Below are positions 34,913 through 46,971 of a stretch of 47,196 nt of DNA, piece after piece (position 1 is the first letter of the stretch; the number at the start of each line of letters is the position of its first letter). The notes under the pieces were generated by a model, which saw only the letters and a list, made by a program, of their open reading frames with translations, ran no database searches and was not told the DNA's origin. The position numbers and the translations under genes are program-made. Origin of the DNA: Elsinoe ampelina (taxonomy: Eukaryota); NCBI GenBank assembly GCA_010093995.1, contig ML992509.1:289588-336783 (forward strand). Reading direction: 5' to 3'.

Positions 34913-37878
34913 GGGGCCGTCTCCTTCGATCTTGGTGTTTTGGTGGAGCTGGTCTTTTTTGGCGTAATTAGCGTAAAAGGTGTAAAATTGGCGGCGGCCG
35001 AGGCCGAGATACAGGGCTAAGACACTTTTATAGCTTAGGAAGGCAGTAAGAAGTCGCGCGAGTGTCACGTTTAGTGTTAACTTAGCCGTAAGAGACGTAA
35101 GGCTATAGTACTCTATACTAACAAGATTAGCACACTAAATTAAGCAGTTATAGATAACTAATCGCGTGTACTCCTTATAAGTCTCCTCTCTAGTACTTTA
35201 CTTACGTAGTTAAATAACATATATAAGCCTCTAGGGAATACTAGTAACTATCGGCTTAATACTTAAGGCTTTAGCCTTAACTAGATTAACTAGAGTATTA
35301 AGGTTAACGAGGACTATAAGCGATACATGTAGTGTATAGTAGTCTCCTTCTACTATCTCTATAAGCGCTTAACAATAATAACTCTAGTGCTTAATAATAG
35401 CTATAAGTTACTTACTTACTATAAGCTCTTTATTACTCTCTATATCCTCGCCACTAGCGCTAGCTATCGGTATGTCGCTGCTAAGGTTAGTGTAGTTATC
35501 TAAATAGTTAGCCGATTCTTCTATTAAGCCTTATAAAGTCTCTTTACTTTATATAATAAATATATAGTGCCAATTATAACAGTCTAAGTGCTACTAGATA
35601 TCTAGATAAATTGCAAGTTTTAGCCTTACTTTAAAGGCTATATTAGTGCTCTTAATAGCACTTATATCTACGCTTATGTTCTTAGCGAGTAATTAGCTTA
35701 GAGAGATTAAAAAGGTAGCCTGTTATAGAATGTATTAGTAGTTATAAACTATAAGATAAAGTTTACCTACCTATTACTAGAATAGAAGAGGTCTATATAT
35801 AACACTTAAGTACTTACTAATACTTACACTAAGGGCTTCTCTACTCTAGAAGGCGCTTATTATCTCGTAGATACTAGATATAGTAATTAGATTAATATCT
35901 TAGTACTCTATTAAGGTGTAAGGTACTACCTCTAAGAATATAAGGCTACTAACTAATAGCCTTAAAGTCTAAAGGAGCTCTTTAATTTATACTACTTATA
36001 ACTCTATAATATTATTAAAAGAAGCTTTAGATTACTTAAGAGATAGTAGTAGATATTAGATAAGCGATTTAAGTTCCCTTCGATACTTACGTAGGTGCGA
36101 ATAGTATACTATCTAGCTATACTTTATAACCTTTTACTAAGTATCTAGATAGCTGTCTATCTCGAGGAGAAGAAGGAGAAGAAGAAGAAGAAGAAGAAGA
36201 AGAAGAAGGTCTCTAAGCCTATTAGCTATCTAATAGGTAAAGGGGAGCAAAATATAGAGGATATATATATAGTTAAATATCGTAATAAGATAGCTAAGGA
36301 TATATAGCGTAATTACTAGCTTAAGCTATAGCAGCGCTAAGGTCGATAGAAGGGAGTAGTAAATAATATAGTATAATTAGATAATAGTTTCTAGTTATTT
36401 AATAGTTGTTTAGCAGCTTCTATATTTAAATTAGATATATAATAAAGAGTGTAAAGAATTAAAGAGGTTGTAAAAAACACCTCGCTACCTATCCTAAAAG
36501 GAATATCCTAAAAGGGTAATAGTTATATAAGAAATTAACTTTAAGCTATAAAGGCTCTTTCTCTCTCTTCTCTAATTATACCTCTTTATCCTTCTCGTCT
36601 TTAACAAGCATTATAAGCAGTAAGCTAGTCTGTTCGCTTATAAGCTTATATCTTATACCTTTATCTAACTTAAGCTAGTACTCTACTACCTCTTTTAAGG
36701 CTAGTAAAGCCTTTACCTTTGTCGCTAATACAAGATAAGTAAACTCCTTAGTAAACTTAGTAGTTGCTTAAGCGACTACTAAAGGCCTTTTAGTAATCTT
36801 ATTTAACCTCTTTATTACATTAAGGATAGCTTATATTATCTAGTTTACCTTATTTATCTTTTGCCTCTTATTTAGAATAGTTAAGCTTACTAGTATACCT
36901 ACGTATAAGAAGGTAATAGAGGCTACTAGCGTAAAGAGCGGCTGTATAAGGTAAGGGCTTAGAGATTAACTAAATTTTATAGGCCTATCTAACTCCTCTA
37001 CTATCTATAGTACCTCTCTCTCTTCTTTCTTCTTCTCTATACTAATCTTAAGCATATTAGAAGAAGTAAGAGCGTACTTACTAGAGGCTATAACGTTACT
37101 CTAAAGCTCGTTACTAAGATTAAGCTACTTAAACTTATAGTATCTAAATTTTTAAGCGCTAGCGTAAGAGGTAAAATACTTCTCTATTATATAAGGCTTA
37201 GTATATAGTATACTATTACTGTCTATTGTTTAACTAGACTAGTAGTAAAGTATCTTATAATTCGACTAATTCCCCTTTAAAGCTCTATACTTATTACGAA
37301 CCTTCTCTTCTATTATATCGCTAGGTTCTATATGCCTTATTACTACTATAATAATTAGTATAGCCTACTAAAAGGTAATAGCCTTAAAGCTAGATTAAGC
37401 TTGTTTACTAGTAGCCTTCTCTCTTACTAAGAAACTAAGGAACGTAGATACTATATTATTAGTCTAGCTACTATTAAATCGCTGCGGCGCTAGAGTTAAT
37501 AACGCTATAGAGGTTGCTTAGAAGGCTAGCTAGCTAGCTGGCGGCGCTATTAAGGTCATAATTAAGGTAGTTAAAGGGGTAGTAGAGGTGGTAGATTAAG
37601 TGCTTTAAGAGGTAGTATAAACACGAGGTTTACTTATATACGTTTACTAAGACTAGTAAAAAGCTAGTTATCTATATATACAATTACGAGAGTAAGTACA
37701 AAGAACTAGCCTTAATAAGCTAACCTTACTCTATTAGGCCATCGAGTTAGTCTAGCTAGTCAAAAGCGCTACTAAAAGACCGACTATTAGTTATCGAAGA
37801 ATACGCAAATCGGTCATCTATTACACCTTCCTAATCGAGCACAAAAAACCGGTCAAATTCGACGAAGGATACGGGCCC
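34913..37878 (+). mobile_element. PIF/Harbinger DNA transposon, full-length but inactivated by RIP
   Basis: TIRs GGGGCCGTCTCCTTCG (34913-28) and CGAAGGATACGGGCCC (37863-78), 14/16 identical as inverted repeats; TTA duplicated on both sides (34910-12, 37879-81); interior extremely AT/TpA-rich with no ORF >=60 aa in the track. Confidence 0.9.
35200..36340 (+). pseudogene. RIP-mutated Harbinger DDE transposase (DDE_Tnp_4 type); boundaries approximate
   Basis: Reverting C>T/G>A changes gives IGALDGTHI (35642-35668), SQNVL..FTYLLPGWEGSAHD, YYLADAGY, PYRGVRYHL and KELFNLRH..ERSFGLLKRRW (from ~35972). Confidence 0.88.
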
Positions 37879-37951
37879 TTAGTAATCCAACGGAAGGACT
37901 CTAGAAACGTCATATCCAAGGTGGATTCTAACATCTCTCGATCGGAACATG

Positions 37952-39469
37952 TCATTCGTCTTGCTCGGCTTCGTTCTCGCGCTTCCTTAATCTCTCCACG
38001 CCGTGCAGTAGACCTTCTAAATCGGCCTGCCCGGGCCCCGGAACATTGACGTTGTTGAGCTCATCATACTTGGTCGAAGCATCCGTATCAGGTCTCAGTG
38101 ACCACTGCACGCCATCTTTGACAGCTCGCCACTGCTCCAACCTCTTCCGATGACTGCTCACGATAAAACCTCCGGACCCCAGATCTACGATGTCGAAGAT
38201 GTGTCCCTGCTCTGATGTGTCGACAACCGAGATTTTGCTCTCTGGGGATTCCAGATCGCTTGCATCGATGTAAGCAAGGGCATCCACACCCTCGCATGCT
38301 ATAAGGATGAGGGACGAGTCGCCAATTGACAACATCCAGATGTTGCTTACCGCGATCGGCTTCTTGTCGTTTTCATGACCGCCCCGGACTAGTTGCAAGT
38401 CTTTGCGTGCTAGGAGTTGTCCAGTCGACCAGTCCCAGACACCGAGCCAGTTGTCACCGCCACCACTGACTAGCAATCTGCTACCCGGTATTCTTCGAAT
38501 CCGATGCACAAATTCTGTGTGTCCAAGGCAGTAGCTTTCCGTGATATGCGTCTGAGGGATGCCGCGCGAGATTCTGATATGCTCGTCCCTGTCGCAGGTA
38601 ACAATGTATCGCCGAGACTTGTCAGCGGCTTCGACCGTCACCAGTTGCATGTCCGTAAGCATCGATACATGTCCCAAAAGAAGCTTGTGTTCGAATGCCG
38701 ATGGCTCTCTCGTGGACTTGATGAGTTTCCCCTTTGCCTTCAGTTGTTCCTGTAGGGCCTTCAGATTCCGCTTCGTATGCACAGTCAACTCAGTCGCAGT
38801 CGGCTCATAGACCCTTTGACCACTCAAAGCTTGAGCTTGCGCTGTCTCTGCGCCATTAGTGCCGCCGTTAGTATCATTCGCCGGCGGATGTAGAGGCAAG
38901 GAGTAGACATCTCCGAATTTATCTCCGCAGATAATAGTCTCGCTGTCGTCGGTGATCTGAATTGCACACGGCCGCTTCGGCATGCATCTGAGAACCAGGT
39001 CAGATTGCCCAATAGTCCTGCTAATCGCACATACCGTTGACTGAGCTCCATAAGCACTCCCTCGACCAGAGAAAAGACTCTGATGCATTTGTCCACTCCG
39101 GTCACAGCCACAATGTGCTGCTGGTCAGGCGCCGGGGTCAGGAGCGTAACATCATGGTGGGTAGTGCTCGTCTGTTCCAGCTTCCGCTTCTTGTTCTGCG
39201 GCTCGGTGCCATTGCTTGTTGACTGTGTCAGTCAGATTTGATGACCCCATGACCGTAGGACCGTCCGAGGGAAAAGCTCGAGATGGAAGACAGTAGCCTA
39301 CCTGATCACTCTCTGAAGACGCTGGCCAACGCGAAATCACATGGTGAGCATCATTTGCGTTCCCGAGGCGAGCTGATATCAGATTCGGTCCGCAAGCTGC
39401 CACAAGAATCTCATCTTCGGCTGCAGGCGACACCTTACACAGAGCCTGATACGGATACATCGTATCCAT
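37952..39469 (-). CDS. TRM82: tRNA (guanine-N7)-methyltransferase WD40 non-catalytic subunit
   Basis: Three exons; RCMPKRPCAI, CGDKFGDVY, LLLGHVSMLTD, TCDRDEHIRISR, YCLGHTEFV, SGGGD. Confidence 0.93.
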
Positions 39470-39742
39470 CTCAAGCTCACTCTCCAGACACTAGATTCAG
39501 TACGCTCGATTTTCACCACATCTGCAAGGGGCAATTGTCCTGTTTCGTCATGGAGAAAATCGATGTACATGACATGTGCTGGGACTGCGACCATGCCCGG
39601 CTAATCTTCGGCGGCCACATTTCGATATCACCGACCTGCAATTTTCCATGCGAGCTTCAAACAACCAACAACGCTCACCACAACCAATTACAATTAATAG
39701 ACTTGCCTGAAAAATCCCTATTCTCGTCGCAAGATCGTAGAC

Positions 39743-40739
39743 ATGGGGGGCAAGTCCGCAAACAAGGCTGGCTACTTCGACAAGCTGAAGGGTCTTCTCG
39801 AGGAGTACAAGTCCATCTTCATCGTCTCAGTCGACAATGTCTCGTCCCAGCAGATGCACGAGATCCGCATCTCTATGCGCGGCAAGAGTGTCGTCCTCAT
39901 GGGCAAGAACACCATGGTATGTGACATTAGCAATTGGGCCACCGATCGCATATTAACGAATTCAGGTTCGTCGCGCCTTGAAGGGCTTCATCGCCGACTT
40001 CCCCGAGTACGAGCGCCTCCTCCCTTTCGTCAAGGGCAACGTCGGATTCGTCTTCACCAACGAGGACTTGAAAGAGACCCGTGAGAAGATCCTGTCCAAC
40101 CGTGTCGCTGCTCCTGCGCGTGCCGGTGCCATCGCTCCCGGCGATGTGTACGTCCCGGCTGGAAACACTGGTATGGAACCCGGCAAGACCTCTTTCTTCC
40201 AGGCTCTTGGTGTCCCAACCAAGATCGCCCGTGGTACCATTGAAATCGTTTCCGATGTCAAGGTGTGCGAGGCCGGTTCCAAGGTCGGTGCTTCAGAGGC
40301 TACCCTTCTGAACATGTTGAACATCTCTCCCTTCACCTACGGTATGGGAATCAGCCAGATCTACGACCAGGGTCAGACCTTCGATGCCAGCGTCTTGGAT
40401 ATCGAGGAGAGCCAGCTCCTCAAGGCCTTCACCTCCGCCATTACCACGATCGCGACCATCTCCTTGGCCACCAACTTCCCTACCCTTCCTTCCGTCATGC
40501 ACTCGGTCGTCAACACCTACAAGAACGCCATCTCCGTGGCTATTGAGATCGACTACGAGTGGGATGCCATCCACGAGCTCAAGGACCGTATCGCCAACCC
40601 CGACGCTTACGCTGCTGCCGCCCCCGCCGCCGGTGCTGCTGCAGCTTCCTCTGATGCTCCCGCCGCTGCGAAGGAGGAGGCCAAGAAGGAGGAGTCTGAG
40701 GAAGAGGACGAGGATATGGGCTTCGGTCTGTTCGACTAG
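39743..40739 (+). CDS. RPP0: 60S acidic ribosomal protein P0 (uL10)
   Basis: [23 protein letters not shown] across intron 39917-39965, C-terminal [16 protein letters not shown]. Confidence 0.98.
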
Positions 40740-41076
40740 ATGTCTTCAAGGACACGGATTTCGATACAGCACAACTCCAGAATTGAAACTTTCAAAAGCC
40801 ACAGTCATTGAGATGCACAACGTGACGACAGGACAGTGCTTATCATATCAATTCATTTTGACCAAGGTACGTTCGACACACTTTCCATTCACTCTGCACC
40901 CAAATGATTATACATTTTTAACCCTGATCTTCAATGAAGATAAAAAAGCGACAACAACACTCTAATTTTTTCATGACTCCTTTCTATACACTCCCAGTCT
41001 CGCTATGCATATTCTCAATTCACATGGCTGACTCCTCGAACAGAAATCATGCCAGCTTTCGTCCTCGATATGCTCA

Positions 41077-42384
41077 CTAATTGTCCGCCTTGTCTTGCAA
41101 TGCATTCAGATCCGCTCGGAACCAGTAGTCCGCCCACTCCGTGTACCCTCCGAGCGACTTGCAAACTCCGTTACTCGGCGCGTTCGAAATGGCCACATCT
41201 GCGTGTGCCCATCTCTCCTCCACTTCCTCCCCCTCCATATATTGTCTTACATACCATCCTAAATGCTCCCTCAACACCTTCAATGCCAATCTCTTCGCCA
41301 GCCCCCTCCCTCTGTACTCCTCCTCGACATGCAGCGTCGTCAAGCTCGAATCCACTCCCAAGAACGTCCACGCCACCGGTGCTCCTTTCTCCTGACCAGC
41401 AATATAGATGGCAACCGAAGGTAGCATCCTCAACGTGCGGTCTTGCCTGGGGATCCCCGTTCTGCTCCTCACAAGAGCGTAGTCCCTCTCCCTGACCTCT
41501 CCCCATACCAATCCATCAGGTAGCAGCGTGTCCTCAATAGAGAACTTCTTGCCTCTTGCACCCTGTGCTCCCTGTCGCAAACCCATGCCCGCGCCCGTCC
41601 CCACGCCTCCGTTCAGCAGCCGCTCTACTCCCTCGCCGCCCATGACTCCCTCTCCAAAACTCCCCCTGAGGTCGAAGATCCACTTGCTATACCTCTCGGG
41701 CAAGCCATCCCCTCCTTTCCTCCCGTCCACAAATTCAGGATCCAAGATGCCGAACGAATGCAAGATCTGCGCCGTAGATTCATGCACTGCTCCCAGGAGC
41801 GCATGGTGCTTCTTCCCCTTCCCATTCCCAGCCCCAGTCCCCATTTCAATCCTTGGGTTGATACCCGAGCCAGTTCCAGAGCCAGATCCCCCGACAGGTC
41901 CAGAGTCACTCGTCCTCGCCCTGGGGTTCCCCGTCCCCGTCTGAACAGAGCCATACATCCCCCCATCCCTCACGTATCTCACAAACCCCTTCATCAACGC
42001 CCTCACCGCCTCATCCCTCTCCGGCACCCACTCCCTGTCCCTATGCCCCTCCCCCTCCCCCTGCCCCTCCATCGACAATCCCGCCGTCGGAACCTCCCAA
42101 CTCCCAAACATGAAAATCTGCGTCTCCGGCCCCCGACTCGGATCCGAGTGCGCCGCCAGCCAAGGCTTCGGTGGCGAGGGGTTCGGGCTGGGCAGCAGTA
42201 GGTCCGGGGGGAAAGAGAGGAAGAGACGCGTGGTGGGGGTGGAGTGGGCGAATTGGATCCTGCGGTAGAGGGGGAGGGAGAGGGGGAGGTGGGGGCGAAG
42301 GAGGGCTAGGAGGGCCGGGACGAGGTGAGGGGAGAGGGTGGGGTCAATGGCGTGGATGAGGGGAGGGGAGGGAGGGTGGGCCAT
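41077..42384 (-). CDS. GNAT (FR47-like) acetyltransferase with Gly-rich insertions
   Basis: PLSLPLYRRIQF, LVRSRTGIPRQ, AWTFLGVDSSLTTLHVEEEYRGRGLAK acetyl-CoA motif, NAPSNGVCKSLG; first ATG at 42384. Confidence 0.85.
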   Translation of the reverse strand: MAHPPSPPLIHAIDPTLSPHLVPALLALLRPHLPLSLPLYRRIQFAHSTPTTRLFLSFPPDLLLPSPNPSPPKPWLAAHSDPSRGPETQIFMFGSWEVPTAGLSMEGQGEGEGHRDREWVPERDEAVRALMKGFVRYVRDGGMYGSVQTGTGNPRARTSDSGPVGGSGSGTGSGINPRIEMGTGAGNGKGKKHHALLGAVHESTAQILHSFGILDPEFVDGRKGGDGLPERYSKWIFDLRGSFGEGVMGGEGVERLLNGGVGTGAGMGLRQGAQGARGKKFSIEDTLLPDGLVWGEVRERDYALVRSRTGIPRQDRTLRMLPSVAIYIAGQEKGAPVAWTFLGVDSSLTTLHVEEEYRGRGLAKRLALKVLREHLGWYVRQYMEGEEVEERWAHADVAISNAPSNGVCKSLGGYTEWADYWFRADLNALQDKADN

Positions 42385-42794
42385 GCTGGGTTGGGGGTTG
42401 AGGAGGGGTAAGGCAGGGGGTGTTGGCAGACAGGTAGAGATGAGAGTCGAAGACGCGAAGAATTGTGAGAGGGATGAATTCGAGAGGGAAAGTTTGTGAT
42501 ACAATGTTAAGCGGCACGGTCATGTTAAGGCATTTTGGCATGACTTTCATTGGGCGAGACTAGCAACACGCGAGACTCGCTATTACCCCCGGACTTGGAG
42601 TCTACCGTCTCTATGGACAACGTTCGATCATGCCATACGCCGCGACTCCCTCATTCCTCGATCAAAAGAATGCAAATGCTCATGCCGGACGAATCGAAAG
42701 TCCGAGTCTATCCTCCCCTTATGCGTCGTACTATCATCGCTTCGTCGTCCTCTGCTTTTGGTGCCACGTATATGTAGTGGTGGTGTTAACACGT

Positions 42795-44171
42795 CTACTG
42801 CGACTGACACTGGACGTTTTGACCTCCGCCTTGCATATCATCGTCATCGTCGTCGCCCATCATGCCGCCTTGGGTGGCACGGGTGGCTTCCCTCTCGGTG
42901 TCTACCTTATCCAGAGTGAAGTCCTCTGTCATGGCGTTCTCGGGTGGTACTGCTTGTGGTGTGCGTGGTGGCAGAACACTTTCCAGTGCCTTGACCTGCT
43001 CGTCGCTCATGGGCTCTCCGTCGGGACCGCCGAGCTGATCGGGGAACTTGACGTCGAACTGTACGTAGAGGTTGCCGAAATCGTGATGACGGTAGCTGGG
43101 CATTCCTTGTCCGCGGATGACCTTGACCTCGCCTGTATCATGTTAGTTGAAAATTTCTCTTCTGCAAGACCGAGAGCTGCTTACCTGGTGCAATCACGTC
43201 GCCTGGTGCAATCTCGACAGTCAACCACCGCTCGTCGAGATGCTCAATGTAGATGGCGCCTCCAGCGAGAGCGGTAAGAAGGTCGATCTCTGCTCGGTAG
43301 AAAAGATCGTCTCCGCGACGCTGAAAGCGTGCGTGTGGCTTTTGTTCGATCTCGAACTGTACGTCACCAGGCTCGACACCTGGCATCTGGTCGCCCTCGC
43401 CGTGGAAGTTCAGCTTTGTGCCCGTCTTCACACCGCGGTCAACATGGACATGAAGGACCTTCCGCTCCACAACCGTCTTCTTGCCGTGGCATGCCTTGCA
43501 TCGGTCCTTGTCGCGAATCTGTTCGCCCTCACCCTGGCAATCCGGGCATACTGTCTGGAATCGCTGAATCATGGGACCCATTTGGCGCATCATTGTCTTC
43601 ATACCCGCACCGTTGCAGCCTGAGCAAGTCTTGACGGCGCCCTCCTTGCCTCCACGTCCCTGGCAAGACGAACAGATGACCGACTTTTGCAGAGCAAGCT
43701 TTGAGACTTTTCCTTTGTAAATATCCTCCAGGCTGACTTTGTGTACGTGGTGAATGGTGCGAGCCTTCTTTGGGCCTGTGTCCCTCATGCCGCCCATGCC
43801 ACCACCGCCGAAAATGTTGCTGAATCCACCACCACCGAAGAAGGAGTTGAAGAGATCCTCGGCGGCCATACCACCACCGCCCATGCCGCCTTGCTCGAGG
43901 CCTTCCTTGCCATACTGATCGTAGATCTGGCGCTTTTGAGCATCTGAAAGAATTTCGTAGGCTTCTGAAAGTTCCTTGAACTTTTCAGCGGCGTCCGGGT
44001 TGTGGGCGTTCTTGTCTATGCGAGCATTAGTAGAGACCCAGAAATGGAAGCTGATATGAACATACCCGGGTGATGTTTGAGCGCTCCTTTTCGGTACGCC
44101 GACTTGAGCTGCGATTCGCTTGCATCAGGTGCGACACCTAAGATGTCGTAGAGTTTTGTGTCCTTGACCAT
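42795..44171 (-). CDS. YDJ1: Type I DnaJ/Hsp40 co-chaperone
   Basis: [16 protein letters not shown] split by an intron (~44065-44016), G/F region, four CxxCxGxG-type repeats, second intron ~43184-43133, CaaX end CQSQ. Confidence 0.96.
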
Positions 44172-44498
44172 GATGACGGTGGAGTGGAGATATGGTTGTG
44201 AAGATGTTGCGTCACAAATCACTGTCGGACGACGTGATGAATCGTGGAATCAGGGAGGATGAAGGCGACACTTGACTGCCTTCCAGGACCCGGGCAGACT
44301 TGGACGGTCGAGGCAATAGTGGTAAAAGTGTCGGATCTGGAATTTTCGCTATGTGGGATCGTTGGTCGTGAGTGCGACGTGAAGGCTCTATGTGAGGTGA
44401 AAATATGCAGAGGGGAAGTCGCTCGTTCTCGCTGAAGTAAGACCTCACGCAATCAGAAATCTTTATTCCTGACATGAGGATGCGGCTGATCCGCGGAC

Positions 44499-44521
44499 TT
44501 CTAAAATCTTCCGCGAGATTC
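44499..44521. promoter_or_regulatory. Step-type heat-shock element candidate upstream of YDJ1
   Basis: TTC at 44499, 44509 and 44519 (10-bp phasing, TTCtaAAAtcTTCcgcgagaTTC), ~330 bp upstream of the YDJ1 ATG. Confidence 0.4.
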
Positions 44522-44641
44522 GACACTGAATCCGTGCTGTTTCTGAACACTTTCTTTTCAGAATAGCAAGTTTGGCATGGGGTCAAGCTTGTTCGCAACA
44601 CAACTACAAAAACAGTCGAGCCGATTGTAGAATATCATTTC

Positions 44642-44651
44642 TATATAAAAG
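44642..44651 (+). promoter_or_regulatory. TATA box candidate for FCY1
   Basis: TATATAAAAG ~190 bp upstream of ATG 44835. Confidence 0.4.
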
Positions 44652-44834
44652 CGTACTAGATGACCTCCTGCAGAACGAGTCCATCTTCGAGACCCCGGCG
44701 TGACTTCTACGCTAGCATGAATTGAGATGACTAGTGCCGGGCCGAAGCGACGAACTACCCGCCCAGTCGGATCAAGGATTTATCAAGTATCAGAGGCTTG
44801 GCTAATACTTCCCCCCTTTCAAGTAATGGTCAAC

Positions 44835-45383
44835 ATGGAAAGTGATCAGGGCTTCAAGATAGCTGTTGAAGAGGCAAAGAAGGGAGCTGCTGAAGGGGGC
44901 ATCCCCATCGGGGCTTGCTTGGTATCTGCAGATGGCAAGGTCCTTGGACGCGGGCACAACATGAGACTTCAGAAGAGCAGTCCCACTATCCATGTAGGCC
45001 GAAAGGACAAGAAGAAGGCTACCACTTCTGATCATGATTAGGCTGAGATTGCGGCACTGGAAGATGCTGGGCGTCAACCCGCATCATCATATAAAGGTGC
45101 GACTATGTACACCACCCTGTCTCCCTGCGACATGTGCACTGGAGCATGCATTTTGTACAAGATCGGCCGGGTTGTCCTTGGCGAAAACAAAACTTTTGTT
45201 GGTGGAGAAGACTACCTCAAGCAACGAGGAGTCGAAGTCGTGAACGTTCGAAGCTCCGAATGCGAGGACCTGATGAGGAAATTCATCAAGGATCATCCAG
45301 AAGACTGGTGGGTGCAGAACATGCACAAAAAGTCTTCACAAGCTTAGTCGTTTCGCAGGTATGAAGATATTGGAGAGATCTAG
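44835..45383 (+). CDS. FCY1: Cytosine deaminase
   Basis: EGGIPIGACLV, GRGHNMR, H-AE split by an intron (~44994-45041), YTTLSPCDMC, second intron ~45308-45358, W-YEDIGEI*. Confidence 0.95.
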
Positions 45384-45523
45384 ACCCGCATGTGGCTACC
45401 AGTCGCCTAAGAGCATGTTCCGGTCATGCATCTTCTGTTCCGTCTTCGAGGCGATCCCATTGCTCGGCTGGAAACCTAGAGCTTGACTTGTAAATACGCC
45501 TGTATTGACGAATAGAGACGGTG

Positions 45524-46712
45524 TCATGTACCAGCTTGCGCATGTATCTGCGTGAAGTAGAACTTGAGATCATCTGGATCCACACCGGGAGTCACGCCTG
45601 TACTTCGTCAGTAGCAATCACAAAGTCCTCCGGGGTATTGCATACCGTGTCCTAGATTGGCGATCCACCCCTGCTTACCACCGGCAAATCCCACGACCAT
45701 TTCTCTGACTGCAGCCGTTATGGCGGCCCTGTCTCCGTACAGGATGCCAGGGTCCGCATTACCCTGTAACACTTTGCCGTACTTTTGCGCCACTTTGTAT
45801 GCATCTGCCGGTCGGTGCAACCAGTCAAGGCCAATGACGTTGTATTTTGTTTTGCAAAGATCCTCCAGTGCGTACCATGCGCCTTTTGCGAAGACGACCA
45901 TTGGGACGGCCTCCTGCTTCAACTCCTGAAGCCGTTGAGGAAGGTGATCTGCAATGTAGTTGAGGTACGGTAGCGAGAACTCTGCGAACGTAGCCGGAGA
46001 AAGCTCGCCAGCCCAGCTGTCAAAAACTTGTACAATTTGCGCTCCGGCAACAACCTGCTCAGCAAGATAGTCCACACAGATCTCTGCGATCTTCTGCAGC
46101 AGCTTCTTGCTCTCCTCAGGGTATTTGTAGATCCACGTCTTTGCTTGTCGGAACATTTTGCTTCCTCCTCCTTCTACCATATAGCTCAAGAGCGTCCATG
46201 GGGCTCCACAAAACCCGAAAAGAGGGACCCGTCCATCGAGCTTCTTGCGAGTGAGAGTGATCGCCTTGTAGACATAGTCGAGCTCAACCTTGACGTCTAC
46301 TTTCTTGTCCAACAACTCCTGATACTGCGGGTCTTCCGGGTCGATCAATGGTTCAGGAAACACAGGACCCTTCTTATCTTCCATGATGACAGTCATTCCC
46401 ATGGCTTGTGGAATGACTAAGATGTCCGAGAAGATGATTGCTGCATCAATTAAGCCGTCGTAGCGGTCGATTGGTTGAAGGGTCAAGGTGGAGGCGATTT
46501 CAGGACTTCTGCAGCATTCGAAGAAATCTCTGCCTCCTTTTGCCTCATGGTATTCGGGGAGGTATCGTCCTGCTTGTCGCATGATCCATATCGGCGGTCT
46601 GTCCACACGCTCACCTGGTCGAAAGTTAGCTGACCAGCACTATGCGACTCGTGATGGACCAACCTCGCGCAGTCCGCAAGAGCCGATCGTTCTTCAAAGG
46701 CGCGAAAGGCAT
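45524..46712 (-). CDS. HEM12: Uroporphyrinogen decarboxylase
   Basis: [17 protein letters not shown], intron, [46 protein letters not shown], intron, [14 protein letters not shown]. Confidence 0.97.
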
Positions 46713-46971
46713 GTTTGCCAACCAGTATCGGAGTGACCGAAGTGTGTGAGCTTAGAAGTACGTAGGTCGCAAATCGAGCAGCGAGGTAGGAGGAATTTAT
46801 AGGCGGACATTAGGGTAAGGTTGACGTCGGAAGGAGGAGCTTGTTGTAATGGAAGGCTGGTACAGCTTCTCTGGTACTGAAGAACTGGTACTGATGAGTC
46901 AGCGCACGCACAGTAGATAAATCGGTTATTGTAACTCTCTGAATGAAACACACGTCTCTCGATCCGATTTG

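Noticed and set aside
44628..44650. U3 snoRNA box A-like ATCATTTCTATA
   Set aside because: Only a partial match overlapping a TATA box; I could not place convincing downstream U3 boxes.
44835..45383. FCY1 deaminase as the enzyme editing the orphan mRNA
   Set aside because: It is a typical free-base cytosine deaminase 26 kb away among housekeeping genes; nothing links it to adenosine editing.
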